Notes under the pieces: generated by a model | What the model was told of the DNA's origin: nothing | The model's input: the letters and a program-made list of their open reading frames with translations, nothing else | Databases searched by the model: none | Assembly: GCA_963735805.1 (NCBI GenBank) | Contig: CAVTMK010000002.1 | Coordinates: forward strand, 768,001 to 832,000 | Origin: an uncultured Verrucomicrobiae bacterium | GTDB taxonomy: Bacteria; Verrucomicrobiota; Verrucomicrobiia; Chthoniobacterales; UBA10450 | Length of the DNA: 64,000 nt | Direction of reading: 5' to 3' | Part shown: positions 19,199 through 29,432 of the stretch, in pieces | Layout: every line of letters starts with the position of its first letter | How positions within the stretch are numbered: position 1 is the first letter of the stretch | Position numbers and translations under genes: made by a program

Positions 19199-21339
19199 CT
19201 GCCTTCGTGGGATGCTCCTGCGGACGCTTTGCGTTTCTCTTGCTCATTGATGCCGATCTTGTTCAAGAACGGCTGAATCGATTGTTTGCGTCCGAGGAAT
19301 TTTTCGATGGAAACGTTGACGTCACGCGAATCGCCCGGCTCGTAGATTTCGCGGCGCAATTTCATGCCGGCTTGTTTGTCGAGGTAACCGTCCTTTGCTT
19401 TTTCGAACACCGTTGCCATATCCGCGGCGATTGCATCGGCCCACGCATAGCCGTAGTAACCCGCATCGTATCCATTCAGATGGCCAAAATAAGAAACGAA
19501 CGTTGTGCTCGGATCGATCGGTAGAAAAACCTTTTCAAGAATCGGATTTGAAGTGGCTACGCAATCGTAAGGTATGTCTTCAGCGTGTTGGTTGTGCAAC
19601 GCGAGATCGAGCGATGCGAACGCAAACTGACGGCGATAAAAAACACCAGCGTTGGCCAGTTTGGCGTCATTCATCTTTTTGATTATCTCCGCCGGAATCT
19701 TTTTCGATGGATCGCGATAATCGGCCGCAAACGTGTCGAGCACTTTTTTGTCCCAGACCCAGTTCTGCAGCATTTGCGACGGCGCCTCGACAAAATCGCC
19801 CGGCACATGTGTTCCGGCAAAACGACCGTACTTGGCGCGAGTGACGATCGAATGCAGAGCGTGGCCGAATTCGTGGAACAAGGTCTCGACTTCCTGATGC
19901 GTCAGGAGAGACGGCTTATCCGCTGTCGGGGGCGAAAAGTTGCAAAGCAAAGCGACGGTTGGCCGTTGGTACTTTCCATCCGGCAACAGTTTTCCGCTGA
20001 TAATTTCGAACTGGGCGAAGTGATTGAATTTTCCCTCCCGTGGAAACATATCGAGATAAAACATCCCCAGCGGTTCGCCCGTGCCGGAATCGGTCACCAT
20101 ATAAAGCTGGAGGTCGTTGGTCCATTTGTAGGGCGCGGCGATCTTCTCGAACTTCAAGCCGAAGATGCTCTGATAGATGTTGAACATGCCATCGAGCACC
20201 TTTTGGAATGGGAAATAGGCGCGCAAAGCCTCCTTATCGACGGCGTATTTTTGTTTGTCCCGCTGGTTTGCGTAATAGCGCCAGTCCCACACCTCGATTT
20301 TGGCGTTTGGATCGTTTGTGTCGGCGGCCTTTAATTTTTGTAATTCCGCTACTTCGCTTTCAAATTTGGGCTGAATTCCAGTAACCAACTCGTTAATGTA
20401 TTTTTCCGCGTTCGCGCCGCTCTTCGCCATTTTAACTTCAGTCTGATAATCGTCCCACGATTTGTAACCGAGGCGCAGCGCTATCTTATTACGCAGCGCG
20501 AGCATCTGGTTGAGAACAGGAACGTTGGCCTCCTTGGCGAGGGTTTCGCGAATGACATAAAGCTGTTTTCGCGTCGCTTCGCTTTTTGCATTCTCCTCGA
20601 CGGTATTAAATTGCCACGTGACATTTGCCATCACCGTGTAGGCATCGTCTCCGGTTCTGATACCAGGTGATGCGAAGAAGCTTTCAGGCAGTCCATTCAA
20701 ATCGGCCTTCGTAAAGATCACCGGCGCATTGGCCTTTACAATGTTGGTGTCGAAATCGGTCCCGAGTTTGGACAATTCCTTCCGCAACTGCTCAACTTCT
20801 TTACGTTGATCAGGCGGAAGATCTAAGCCGGCGCGGCGATAGTCGCGCAACGTTTCGTTCAGGAGTTTTTCATCTTCACCCGAAAGCTTCGGCCTGGTGT
20901 CAGCGAAAGCCCTGATTGCCTTGTAAACATCCTCGCGATAATCGACACCTACAGCCCACTCCTCGAAGACCTTTATGGCGTTCTCGGCGGCCGCGCGCAT
21001 TTCTGGGTTCGGGTTTGTTTCTTTAATGATCGTGGCCTTGTTCGCGGCAAGTCCAGCCTCGTAAGTAAGATCATCGAGCGCGACGACCGTGCTCTTAAAC
21101 GTGACCTTTTTCAGGTCTTGCGAGCCAATTTGATCCAATGCCTTGTTCGCCTTTGCGATGGCGATGTTCATCATTCCCTCGACCGCTTTCGGCGATTGCT
21201 CCCAATCCGGAAGCGTCAAGACGGCATTGGCTTTCGCTGCTGCGCTCCGAAAATCATCGACTGTTTTCAGTTCAGCAGCTGAACCAGTTGAACTTGAAGC
21301 GACGACAACAAATGACAGGAAAACAAACAGGAATTTCAT
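19195..21339 (-). CDS. M3 family metallopeptidase (thimet oligopeptidase-like), secreted
   Basis: 'TLFHEFGHALH', 'DFVEAPSQMLQNW' and 'YDAGYYGYAWA'. Signal peptide starts at MKFLFVF. Confidence 0.92.
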   Translation of the reverse strand: MKFLFVFLSFVVVASSSTGSAAELKTVDDFRSAAAKANAVLTLPDWEQSPKAVEGMMNIAIAKANKALDQIGSQDLKKVTFKSTVVALDDLTYEAGLAANKATIIKETNPNPEMRAAAENAIKVFEEWAVGVDYREDVYKAIRAFADTRPKLSGEDEKLLNETLRDYRRAGLDLPPDQRKEVEQLRKELSKLGTDFDTNIVKANAPVIFTKADLNGLPESFFASPGIRTGDDAYTVMANVTWQFNTVEENAKSEATRKQLYVIRETLAKEANVPVLNQMLALRNKIALRLGYKSWDDYQTEVKMAKSGANAEKYINELVTGIQPKFESEVAELQKLKAADTNDPNAKIEVWDWRYYANQRDKQKYAVDKEALRAYFPFQKVLDGMFNIYQSIFGLKFEKIAAPYKWTNDLQLYMVTDSGTGEPLGMFYLDMFPREGKFNHFAQFEIISGKLLPDGKYQRPTVALLCNFSPPTADKPSLLTHQEVETLFHEFGHALHSIVTRAKYGRFAGTHVPGDFVEAPSQMLQNWVWDKKVLDTFAADYRDPSKKIPAEIIKKMNDAKLANAGVFYRRQFAFASLDLALHNQHAEDIPYDCVATSNPILEKVFLPIDPSTTFVSYFGHLNGYDAGYYGYAWADAIAADMATVFEKAKDGYLDKQAGMKLRREIYEPGDSRDVNVSIEKFLGRKQSIQPFLNKIGINEQEKRKASAGASHEGR

Positions 21340-21456
21340 GGTGTTTGCAGTGGCCAACACCTTTAGGCGCGCGCTGCCGCAAAGGCAAGTTAACGCCGTT
21401 GCCCGTCTGGGCAGGTTGCGTTTAACGAATCCGCAAGCTAAGAAGCGGGCGCCACC

Positions 21457-22032
21457 ATGGTCCAAAAATTCTTTCTCGCTTTTATTCCGATCTTTGTCGC
21501 GATCGATCCAATAGGACTCGTGGCGATATTCATGGGGCTCGCGTCCAGCGCTCCGCCGGAGCAGCGTAAACACCAGGCAGCTCTCGGAATCTTCACAGCT
21601 TTGTGCGTAGCGATCGGATTTGTTTTTCTCGGTGAAATTACTTTCGACGCGCTTGGAATCACGGACGCGGACTTTCAAGTCGCGGGCGGCCTGATTTTGC
21701 TTGCTTTGGCAGGGCGCGAGTTGCTCAATGTCGGGCCGTCCAGCCACGGCGGTAGCAGTGAATTCGGAATTGTACCACTTGGGATGCCGTTGATCGCTGG
21801 GCCGGCATTGTTGACAGCCCTGCTCGTTTTGGTCGATTCAGTGGGTTTGGTATTCACACTGATTTCGCTTCTGGTTAATCTCGCTTTGGTCGCATTGGCG
21901 TTCTGGAATGCAGATCGGTTCGCACGCTGGATGGGCATGCAAGGATTACGCGGTGTGTCGAAGATAGTCGCGCTCCTTCTAGCCGCGATTGCCGTCAGCC
22001 TCATCCGGCGCGGCTGGAACACGCCAGCCTGA
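21457..22032 (+). CDS. MarC family membrane protein
   Basis: 'FVAIDPIG', 'FQVAGGLIL' and 'VPLGMPLIAGP'. Confidence 0.9.
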   Translation: MVQKFFLAFIPIFVAIDPIGLVAIFMGLASSAPPEQRKHQAALGIFTALCVAIGFVFLGEITFDALGITDADFQVAGGLILLALAGRELLNVGPSSHGGSSEFGIVPLGMPLIAGPALLTALLVLVDSVGLVFTLISLLVNLALVALAFWNADRFARWMGMQGLRGVSKIVALLLAAIAVSLIRRGWNTPA

Positions 22033-22118
22033 CTGACTATTGGGACAAACTGGCCTTTATAAGAAAGGTTTTGGTTCCGGCGGATCGCCGGTTTTCATCA
22101 CTTCGATATTAGTCGAAG

Positions 22119-22514
22119 TCAAAAAATCGTTTCTGGACCGCTGGCAATATGTCTGCGCGATGAGGGCCAGAATTCTTTCAATTCCGCGGTCTTATCACCG
22201 TGCTGATAACGCCAATTCAACTCAACTTCGATCGACTTGATCTCGTCTTGCGAAGGCTGGGCTTGTCCGTGGTAAATATACGCGGGTACGCCCTGTCGAG
22301 ACTCAGTAAGCGGAGTCATTCCGTAGAGTTCGATTCGGCGTTGCTGCAATTGTGCAGTGCTCCAATTCCGGTACGCTGGGTTGCGGTAACCCCACACTTC
22401 CGCCGTGGTAGCATAGCGGGAGTAGGTGTAACCGGTCGTCATTGCAGGTGGCGCGGATTGTTCAGCGCAACCTATCAGACCAACAGCAAACACCGCTAAC
22501 AAGAATTGTTTCAT
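22119..22514 (-). CDS. hypothetical lipoprotein
   Basis: GGAGG RBS upstream and lipobox 'GLIGC' after MKQFLLAVFAV. Confidence 0.6.
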   Translation of the reverse strand: MKQFLLAVFAVGLIGCAEQSAPPAMTTGYTYSRYATTAEVWGYRNPAYRNWSTAQLQQRRIELYGMTPLTESRQGVPAYIYHGQAQPSQDEIKSIEVELNWRYQHGDKTAELKEFWPSSRRHIASGPETIF

Positions 22515-22702
22515 ATTGTGTGACCTCCCATAGTTGGTTTTTAGAGACTCACTTACGAGGTATTTAACCACATAAATCACACATAGTCGCGTGTTTATTT
22601 TACATCTTGGGTGACGCCCGCTTATTTTTGTCACCGGCCCAGAGTCCAAACGAGCTGCCACACTCGATTCAGTCTACAAAACTGGGCGCTTCAGTCGTGT
22701 CA

Positions 22703-22730
22703 TTGACACTCTAGAACGTCCTGTTACTAT
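22703..22730 (+). promoter_or_regulatory. sigma70-type promoter of hpnH-shc
   Basis: TTGACA (22703-08), 16-nt spacer, extended TGnTACTAT (-10 at 22725-30), ending 10 nt before the ATG. Confidence 0.6.
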
Positions 22731-22740
22731 CCTCGCTCGA

Positions 22741-24030
22741 ATGAGATTTCCTTTACCGTTGACAGCGAAAATCGCAGCGTACGTGATTGGGCATAAGTTA
22801 CGTGGCACGAAGAAATTTGCCACGGTGCTTCAGCTTGAGCCGCTGCACACTTGTAATCTCACATGCACGGGTTGCGGGAGAATTCGAGAGTACTCCACGT
22901 CGCTCAAGGACATGATGAGCTTGGAGGACTGTCTGGGGGCGGCAAACGAGTGCAACGCACCGATGGTTTCCATCTGCGGCGGCGAACCCCTTATCTATCC
23001 GCAAATCGAGGCGTTGGTTGAAGGGCTGCTCGCGCAGAAGCGGATCGTTTACATCTGTACCAACGCCATGTTTATGCGCAAGAAGATGCGCGAGTGGATG
23101 GCCTCGCAGTTGGCCGCAAGATCGGAATTTGTCGAAGAAAAAATCACCGCGTTATTCGGTGCGGGACTGCTGAGCGAAAAAGATGCGGCCGAAATTCGCA
23201 AGGGACCAAAGGACCCGGCAAAGCCAACTATTGGTCCAACCAAATGGATGTATTGGAACGTGCATCTAGATGGCTTAGAGCGAACACACGACCTGATCGT
23301 CGAACGCGAAGGCGTCTTCAAGGAATGCATTCTCGCAATCAAAATGGCGAAGCTGCTCGGCTATCAAGTGGCGACGAACGCAACGATTTACAAGGAAACC
23401 GATATGCAGGAGATCGAACAGATGTTCGATTATCTTTCCGATCTTGGCGTGGATGGTCACACGATCACCCCTGGATACGATTACGACGCCGCCAAGAAAG
23501 ATATGATCAAGAGGCTCAAACTGCGCCCGGAAAACTTCTTTCTTACCCGCGCAATGACCGTCGAGAAGTTCCAAAAAGTCGAGGATTGGATGAGTCGTTA
23601 TACCTTTCTGGGGACGCCGATCTATTTCGAGTTTCTTGCCGGAAAGCGTGATCTCACATGTTCGGCATGGGCGATTCCGACGCGAAATATCCGTGGCTGG
23701 AAAGGACCGTGTTATTTGATGACCGACGGGCACTACTCGAGCTATGCGGAGTTGCTGGAAAAGACGACATGGGACCGATATGGCGTCGTGAACGGAGTCG
23801 CGCGCGATAGCCGTTGCGAAAACTGCATGGTGCATTGCGGTTACGAGCCGACGGCGACTTTGGGGCTGCAAGCACAACGAGGAGACACCTGGAAAACGAT
23901 CAAGTTCAATTTCGGTTCAAGACCGAAACCCTCTGGCCGTGGCAGCGAAGTGCTCGCCTTCAATGGCGTGAGCTCCGGCAACGGGCACCTGACAGGGAAA
24001 GGCGCAGAAGTTACAGCCAAGGCCTCGTAA
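22741..24030 (+). CDS. hpnH: hopanoid biosynthesis radical SAM adenosyltransferase HpnH (DUF3463)
   Basis: 'LEPLHTCNLTCTGCG' CxxxCxxC, 'VHLDG' and 'CENCMVHCGYEPTA'. Adjacent to shc. Confidence 0.88.
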   Translation: MRFPLPLTAKIAAYVIGHKLRGTKKFATVLQLEPLHTCNLTCTGCGRIREYSTSLKDMMSLEDCLGAANECNAPMVSICGGEPLIYPQIEALVEGLLAQKRIVYICTNAMFMRKKMREWMASQLAARSEFVEEKITALFGAGLLSEKDAAEIRKGPKDPAKPTIGPTKWMYWNVHLDGLERTHDLIVEREGVFKECILAIKMAKLLGYQVATNATIYKETDMQEIEQMFDYLSDLGVDGHTITPGYDYDAAKKDMIKRLKLRPENFFLTRAMTVEKFQKVEDWMSRYTFLGTPIYFEFLAGKRDLTCSAWAIPTRNIRGWKGPCYLMTDGHYSSYAELLEKTTWDRYGVVNGVARDSRCENCMVHCGYEPTATLGLQAQRGDTWKTIKFNFGSRPKPSGRGSEVLAFNGVSSGNGHLTGKGAEVTAKAS

Positions 24031-24044
24031 GGATTAGGACCTGC

Positions 24045-26045
24045 ATGCCGGAATTTTCGAAGAAGCTCATTGCGTTGCCGAGCGCGCGACCTGAAATATC
24101 GGAATACTATTCGGCGAACGACGAAGAAATCGCGGGCGCGATCGCCCGCGCGCAAGAGAATTTGTTGCGCCAGCAAAAGCCAGATGGCCATTGGTGCGGG
24201 GAGCTGATTGTCGATAGCACTCTCTGCTCGGATTATATCCTTTTCATGCATTGGTGCGGCGAAGTGGACGCTCAATTGCAGCGGCGTTGCGTGCATCACA
24301 TTCTCAAACGCCAATTGTCGGACGGAGGATGGAACATTTATCATGGCGGCCCGAGCGAGATTAATGCGTCAGCCAAAGCGTATTTTGCGCTGAAGCTTGC
24401 CGGCTGTTCGGTGGACGCGCCATTTATGCAGGAGGCGCGCGCGACCATCATGCGGCTCGGCGGTATTCCGCAGATGAACACGTTTAGCAAGCTTTACCTT
24501 GCCTTGCTGGGCCAGTTTCCATGGAAATACCTACCGGCGATCCCGGTGGAAATGGTTCTCCTGCCAAAGTGGGCGCCGTTTCATATTTGCAAAATGTCGT
24601 CATGGAGCCGGGCCATGCTTATCCCCCTGGCGATTATTAACCATTTCAAGCCGACTCGTATTTTGCCCGGCGAAAAGCAATTACACGAACTCTATCCTCT
24701 CGGCACAGAGCAAAGCGATTTGCGTTTGCCCCGCAGCGAACCTTTCTGGACCTGGCGCAATTTTTTTCTTCGACTCGACGACACTCTCAAATTCATGCAG
24801 CCGCTGCGCATGCGCCCGCTGCGCCGGCGAGCTTTGGAAGAGGCGGAGCGGTGGATGCTCGAGCGGATCGGTGAGGGTAGTGATGGTCTCGCGGCGGTGT
24901 TTCCCGCGATGCTAAATTGCTTAATCGCACTGCGAGCTCTCGGCTACTCAAAAACAAATCCAGTTTATGCTAAAGCGAATAAAGACTTCGCCGGACTGTT
25001 CGTTGACGATCCGGAGGACTTCCGTATCCAACCGTGTCTGTCGCCGATCTGGGACACTGCAATCACTATTATTTCACTGGCGGAATCAGGCCTTCCTTGC
25101 AAGCATCCTGCGCTTCAAAAGGCCGCTGATTGGCTCGTCAACAAAGAAGTACGTATTCGCGGTGATTGGTCGGCAAACAATTCATATCCGCAAGCCAGCG
25201 GATGGGCGTTCGAATACAACAACGTTTATTACCCCGACACCGATGATACAGCGATGGTGCTGATGGCGCTGCGGTTGGTCGAGCCAAAGGATCCACAGGC
25301 GCTCAATACAATCTTTCGCCGCGCATTGGATTGGCAGCTCAGTTTTCAATGTCGCGATGGTGGTTGGGCGGCGTTTGATAAAGACGTGACCACGCCTTGG
25401 CTGGAAGACATGCCGTTTGCCGATCACAATGCGATTCTCGATCCAACCTGCAGTGATCTTACCGCGCGCACACTCGAGCTGCTCGGTTACATTGGATTCG
25501 ATCCTGCGACGCGGTCTGTCCGCGACGCCCTGGAATATCTTATCGACACTCAGGACGAGGACGGCTCTTGGTATGGGCGCTGGGGCGTCAACTACATCTA
25601 CGGCACCTGGCAGGTGCTGCGCGGTTTACGCGCCATTGGCCAGGACATGACGCAGGACTGGATATTGCGCGGCCGCGATTGGCTTGAAAGTTGTCAGAAT
25701 AGCGATGGTGGTTGGGGTGAGACTTGTGCTACCTACGAAAATCCATCGACCAAAGGCATCGGCCAAAGCACGGCGTCGCAAACGGCATGGGCGATCATGG
25801 GCATTTGCGCGTGTGGCGATCTCGATCGACCAAGTATTCAGCGTGGCCTACGATTCCTGCTCAGTTCGCAAAAATCCGATGGCTCCTGGGATGAAGAGCA
25901 AATCACGGGCACCGGTTTTCCCCGAGTGTTCTATTTGAAGTACGACATGTATCGCCAGAACTTTCCCCTGCTCGCGCTCGCAACCTACGTCAATTATCGT
26001 AGTGGCCGGGGACACCGTCCCGGTTTTTATCGCAGTGATCGTTAG
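24045..26045 (+). CDS. shc: squalene-hopene cyclase
   Basis: 'YPDTDDTA' DXDD motif, QW repeats (QKPDGHW, QLSDGGW, QDEDGSW) and 'TGTGFPRVFYLKY'. Confidence 0.95.
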   Translation: MPEFSKKLIALPSARPEISEYYSANDEEIAGAIARAQENLLRQQKPDGHWCGELIVDSTLCSDYILFMHWCGEVDAQLQRRCVHHILKRQLSDGGWNIYHGGPSEINASAKAYFALKLAGCSVDAPFMQEARATIMRLGGIPQMNTFSKLYLALLGQFPWKYLPAIPVEMVLLPKWAPFHICKMSSWSRAMLIPLAIINHFKPTRILPGEKQLHELYPLGTEQSDLRLPRSEPFWTWRNFFLRLDDTLKFMQPLRMRPLRRRALEEAERWMLERIGEGSDGLAAVFPAMLNCLIALRALGYSKTNPVYAKANKDFAGLFVDDPEDFRIQPCLSPIWDTAITIISLAESGLPCKHPALQKAADWLVNKEVRIRGDWSANNSYPQASGWAFEYNNVYYPDTDDTAMVLMALRLVEPKDPQALNTIFRRALDWQLSFQCRDGGWAAFDKDVTTPWLEDMPFADHNAILDPTCSDLTARTLELLGYIGFDPATRSVRDALEYLIDTQDEDGSWYGRWGVNYIYGTWQVLRGLRAIGQDMTQDWILRGRDWLESCQNSDGGWGETCATYENPSTKGIGQSTASQTAWAIMGICACGDLDRPSIQRGLRFLLSSQKSDGSWDEEQITGTGFPRVFYLKYDMYRQNFPLLALATYVNYRSGRGHRPGFYRSDR

Positions 26046-26134
26046 GGCGCGAGCACTCGGCAGACTGCTTCGAGCCCGATTGCGCGAAAAATAAAACCTG
26101 TCGCACGGCGTAATTCGATCTAACTGTAAGTATT

Positions 26135-26734
26135 ATGGCTTACGAACTACCAAAATTACCTTATTCGTACGATGCTTTGGAACCGCATATCGATGCGCAG
26201 ACGATGGAAATCCATTACACCAAGCATCATCAGGCGTACGTCAACAACCTGAACAACGCAGTCAAAGGCAAAGCCGATCTCGAAAAGAAGTCGGTGGAAG
26301 AGTTGATCAGCGATCTCAAATCGGTACCCGAAGACATTCGCACGGTCGTGCGGAACAACGGCGGCGGTCATGCAAATCATTCGTTTTTTTGGAAAATCAT
26401 GGGACCGAATGCGGGCGGCGAACCGAAAGGCAAACTGGCCGATGACATCAAATCAACGTTCGGCAGCTTCAACGATTTCAAAGAGAAATTTGCCGCTGCG
26501 GGCGCGGGACGTTTTGGCAGCGGCTGGGCGTGGCTGATAAAGAATAAGAACGGCAAGCTCGAGATCATTTCGACCCCAAATCAGGACAGCCCTCTGATGG
26601 ATGGCAATACGCCGATCCTCGGTGTCGACGTTTGGGAGCATGCTTATTATCTCAAGTATCAAAACCGCCGGCCCGATTACCTCAAAGCCTGGTGGAACGT
26701 GGTTAATTGGGACGCGGTAGCGAAGAATTATTGA
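26135..26734 (+). CDS. sodA: Fe/Mn superoxide dismutase
   Basis: 'HYTKHHQAY', 'NNGGGHANH' and 'DVWEHAYY'. Confidence 0.95.
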   Translation: MAYELPKLPYSYDALEPHIDAQTMEIHYTKHHQAYVNNLNNAVKGKADLEKKSVEELISDLKSVPEDIRTVVRNNGGGHANHSFFWKIMGPNAGGEPKGKLADDIKSTFGSFNDFKEKFAAAGAGRFGSGWAWLIKNKNGKLEIISTPNQDSPLMDGNTPILGVDVWEHAYYLKYQNRRPDYLKAWWNVVNWDAVAKNY

Positions 26735-26752
26735 TTAGCCTTTGATGAGTTC

Positions 26753-26821
26753 AGTTGTAGCGGCGGTCTATGACCGCCGCTACAACTTGTACGCGTTTAG
26801 CGGTCAGAGATCGGCGCTACA
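26753..26821. repeat. GTAG-type REP palindrome cluster
   Basis: Perfect 16-bp arms AGTTGTAGCGGCGGTC-TAT-GACCGCCGCTACAACT (26753-26787), then a further degenerate half ending GCTACA. Confidence 0.75.
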
Positions 26822-26826
26822 AGTAT

Positions 26827-28059
26827 ATGGCTTATCTAAACGAAAATTATCTTAAACTTCAGGCTGGCTATCTTTTTCCCGAAGTGGCCAGGCGGGTTCG
26901 CGAATTTTGCGAAGCTAATCCAGCCGCAGCCAAGCGATTGATTCGCTGCGGAATCGGGGACGTCACCGAGCCGCTGCCGCGAGCGGCAGTCGATGCAATG
27001 AAGCGGGCTGTCGAAGAGCTTGGAGATCGCGAGACGTTTCGCGGTTATGGTCCGGAACACGGCTACGAATTTTTAAGATCGGTTATCGCCCGGCACGATT
27101 ATCGCGACCGCAACATCGAAATTGCCGACGACGAAATCTTTGTCTCTGACGGCTCAAAATGCGATTGCGGTCACGTTCTTGATATTCTTGGGGATCAAAA
27201 CAAGGTCGCGGTGCCGGACCCCGTTTATCCAGTCTATGTCGATACGAACGTGATGGCAGGACACAGCGGCCCGTCAGGAAAAGATGGGCGGTACGAGGGA
27301 ATTTTCTATTTGCCGTGCACGGCTGAAAACGGATTTGTTCCCGACCCACCGCCGGAACACGCAGACCTTGTTTATCTTTGTTTTCCCAATAATCCAACCG
27401 GAGCGGTTGCATCGCGTGAACAACTCTCGCGGTGGGTCGATTACGCCCGTGAGCACGAAGCGCTGCTGCTCTTCGATGCCGCATACGAAGCCTATATTTC
27501 TGAGGCGAACATTCCGCGTTCCATTTTTGAAATTCCGGGAGCGCGGGAGTGCGCGATGGAATTTCGCAGTTTCTCCAAGAGCGGCGGGTTCACCGGCGTA
27601 CGCTGCGGGTTTACAGTCCTGCCGAAATCCGTAATGGCGCGGACAGAGAACGATCGCCGACTTCCCCTTCATCCGCTCTGGCAACGGCGTTGGAGCACGA
27701 AATCGAACAGCGTGAATTACCCAGTGCAGCGCGGAGCCGAGGCGCTCTATTCACCTGAAGGCCGCAAACAATCTCGCGCGCTGATTGAGCATTACATGGA
27801 GAACGCCAAGATTCTTCGGAGCGCAGCGGCAAACGCCGGCCTTGACGTTTTCGGCGGTGTTAACGCGCCTTACATCTGGGTGAAAACGCCGAACGGCTTA
27901 ACAAGTTGGCAAATGTTTGATCGGATGCTGAGGGAGTTCAACGTCGTCATCACGCCTGGCGCCGGTTTTGGCGCACAAGGCGAAGGTTATGTTCGCATTT
28001 CGGCGTTCAACAGTCGTGAGAATGCGGAGGAAGTCGCCCACCGGTTGCAGACGGTGTAG
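26827..28059 (+). CDS. dapL: LL-diaminopimelate aminotransferase
   Basis: 'YLFPEV', 'GIGDVTEP', 'GYGPEHGY', 'FVSDGSKCD', '[14 protein letters not shown]' and 'NAPYIW'. Confidence 0.95.
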   Translation: MAYLNENYLKLQAGYLFPEVARRVREFCEANPAAAKRLIRCGIGDVTEPLPRAAVDAMKRAVEELGDRETFRGYGPEHGYEFLRSVIARHDYRDRNIEIADDEIFVSDGSKCDCGHVLDILGDQNKVAVPDPVYPVYVDTNVMAGHSGPSGKDGRYEGIFYLPCTAENGFVPDPPPEHADLVYLCFPNNPTGAVASREQLSRWVDYAREHEALLLFDAAYEAYISEANIPRSIFEIPGARECAMEFRSFSKSGGFTGVRCGFTVLPKSVMARTENDRRLPLHPLWQRRWSTKSNSVNYPVQRGAEALYSPEGRKQSRALIEHYMENAKILRSAAANAGLDVFGGVNAPYIWVKTPNGLTSWQMFDRMLREFNVVITPGAGFGAQGEGYVRISAFNSRENAEEVAHRLQTV

Positions 28060-28173
28060 CGGCCTTCTCTCAAGGCAACTGCGTGTCTCATGTAAGATAA
28101 GACAATCACTTCTTGTCGATGGTAGTGAGCCGCGTAGAGTGCGCTGAATTTTGCAACCACGAAGGATGGGAGA

Positions 28174-28656
28174 GTGTCGGATCGAAAGCAAAATTTGCCA
28201 CAACTGTATCGTTTTTGTTTCTTGATGCTGGGCGACTCGCGCAAGGCGCAGGAGGTCTTTAACACGACCTTGCGCGAAGCGGGTTTGCGCGCTGCACGGG
28301 GAGAATTGCCCAGGGAACCTTTTTGGCTTTTTCGCGAGGCCCGCTGGCTCTGCTTGGAAGCCAGTAAGACGGATCTGCAACCGGAATCGCTCGAAATCGA
28401 AGAACGCGACATTGCTCCACAGGCAGCGTCACAGATCAAGGGGCTCGAGCCTGCGCAACTGGCAATTTGGATTTCGGCCGCCCCCGATCCCCAGAGGACC
28501 GCGCTGGCACTTTTTTATCTGGACGAATTTGATTACCTCGAAATTCTCGACATCACCGAGCTCAAGTTGAGCACGCTGTCGCGATGCTTGTCGCAGGGGC
28601 GGCGACAGTTGCAGGCCTGGCTGGACGCCAAGCACGCCGGAGCACCCAAGCCATGA
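28174..28656 (+). CDS. ECF-like RNA polymerase sigma factor
   Basis: Region-2-like 'LYRFCFLMLGDSRKAQEV' and region-4-like 'QRTALALFYLDEFDYLEI...LSQGRRQL'. Confidence 0.6.
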   Translation: MSDRKQNLPQLYRFCFLMLGDSRKAQEVFNTTLREAGLRAARGELPREPFWLFREARWLCLEASKTDLQPESLEIEERDIAPQAASQIKGLEPAQLAIWISAAPDPQRTALALFYLDEFDYLEILDITELKLSTLSRCLSQGRRQLQAWLDAKHAGAPKP

Positions 28657-29432
28657 GGGGCCTGCAGTTATTACGTCGGCGCCGCGCTCTTTTGAATTGC
28701 GCGCCAATCAGACAGGACCATTTGACTGATCGTTCCATGCGCGTTGCGGTATCGCGTGAAGATGGCTCCGAGGAATTTGTTAATCAACAGAACTTCGATC
28801 GAGCCGTGGCGGAACTGGTTCATCTCGTTCCGATTCCTCCTGAATCCGCTGAATGGTTCTCAGACAAGGAGGCGATTCGCGCTCCGAAATGGACATGGAA
28901 AAGAATCCTGCTCAATCCTGTCGTCCTCGCGATTAGTATTGCAGTGGTGGTGATCGCGGGCGTGTTTGTGTTCAACCTGATTGGCCGGTTGAATGATTTC
29001 CCGGGATCGGCGACGGCTCGGAAATTATTGACTGTCGCTGGCTCCACGCGATCGGTCATGCTCGATCCGGTGAGCGCTGAAGCAGGGACGTTGAGCGATT
29101 TATTTTTTATGAAACACGGCCTGGAACATTATGACGTTCCGGAAGAATTCGCGGATTTTCGCACGATCGGCTGCCGGGTTTTCGACGATGAGGAGTCGCG
29201 CCGCATTGCGCAGATCTGGGTGTCCGAGAAACAGATGCAGTTTTTCCTTTTTCCAGCAGAGCGAGACAGCAAGACCGGGGCCGTAACGGCGTTTCCGGGC
29301 TGGCGTTATGTTCATCAGGAAGGATGGGTAGGGGCAGTCAGCGAACACGACGGCGTCTGCTTCATGGCCGCGCTCCGGGGCCGTGAGAAAGAGCTGAAGC
29401 CGTATATTTCCGGGTCGAAGCAGCAACAATAG
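28653..29432 (+). CDS. single-TM protein, putative anti-sigma factor
   Basis: ATGA overlap with the sigma-like gene and a central TM helix 'VVLAISIAVVVIAGVFVF'. Confidence 0.5.
   Translation: MRGLQLLRRRRALLNCAPIRQDHLTDRSMRVAVSREDGSEEFVNQQNFDRAVAELVHLVPIPPESAEWFSDKEAIRAPKWTWKRILLNPVVLAISIAVVVIAGVFVFNLIGRLNDFPGSATARKLLTVAGSTRSVMLDPVSAEAGTLSDLFFMKHGLEHYDVPEEFADFRTIGCRVFDDEESRRIAQIWVSEKQMQFFLFPAERDSKTGAVTAFPGWRYVHQEGWVGAVSEHDGVCFMAALRGREKELKPYISGSKQQQ

Noticed and set aside
19585..20334. Long antisense ORFs (also 35756-36511, 62581-63330, 5185-5796)
   Set aside because: They are shadow frames opposite well-supported genes and have no recognisable motifs.
20879..20894. CCCGAAAGCTTCGG resembling the cassette palindrome in the M3 peptidase
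   Set aside because: It is one base short of the unit and encodes a plausible native 'PKLSGED' segment, so it is likely chance.
21340..21747. 850-aa version of the M3 peptidase overlapping marC
   Set aside because: It is antisense to marC, and a signal peptide begins at ATG 21339.
22609..22636. GGTGAC...GTCACC inverted repeat upstream of the lipoprotein gene
   Set aside because: The 6-bp arms are within chance expectation, and no regulator can be assigned.
23814..24044. N-terminal extension of shc overlapping hpnH
   Set aside because: It overlaps the conserved hpnH C-terminus. ATG 24045 follows the hpnH stop with an AGGA element.
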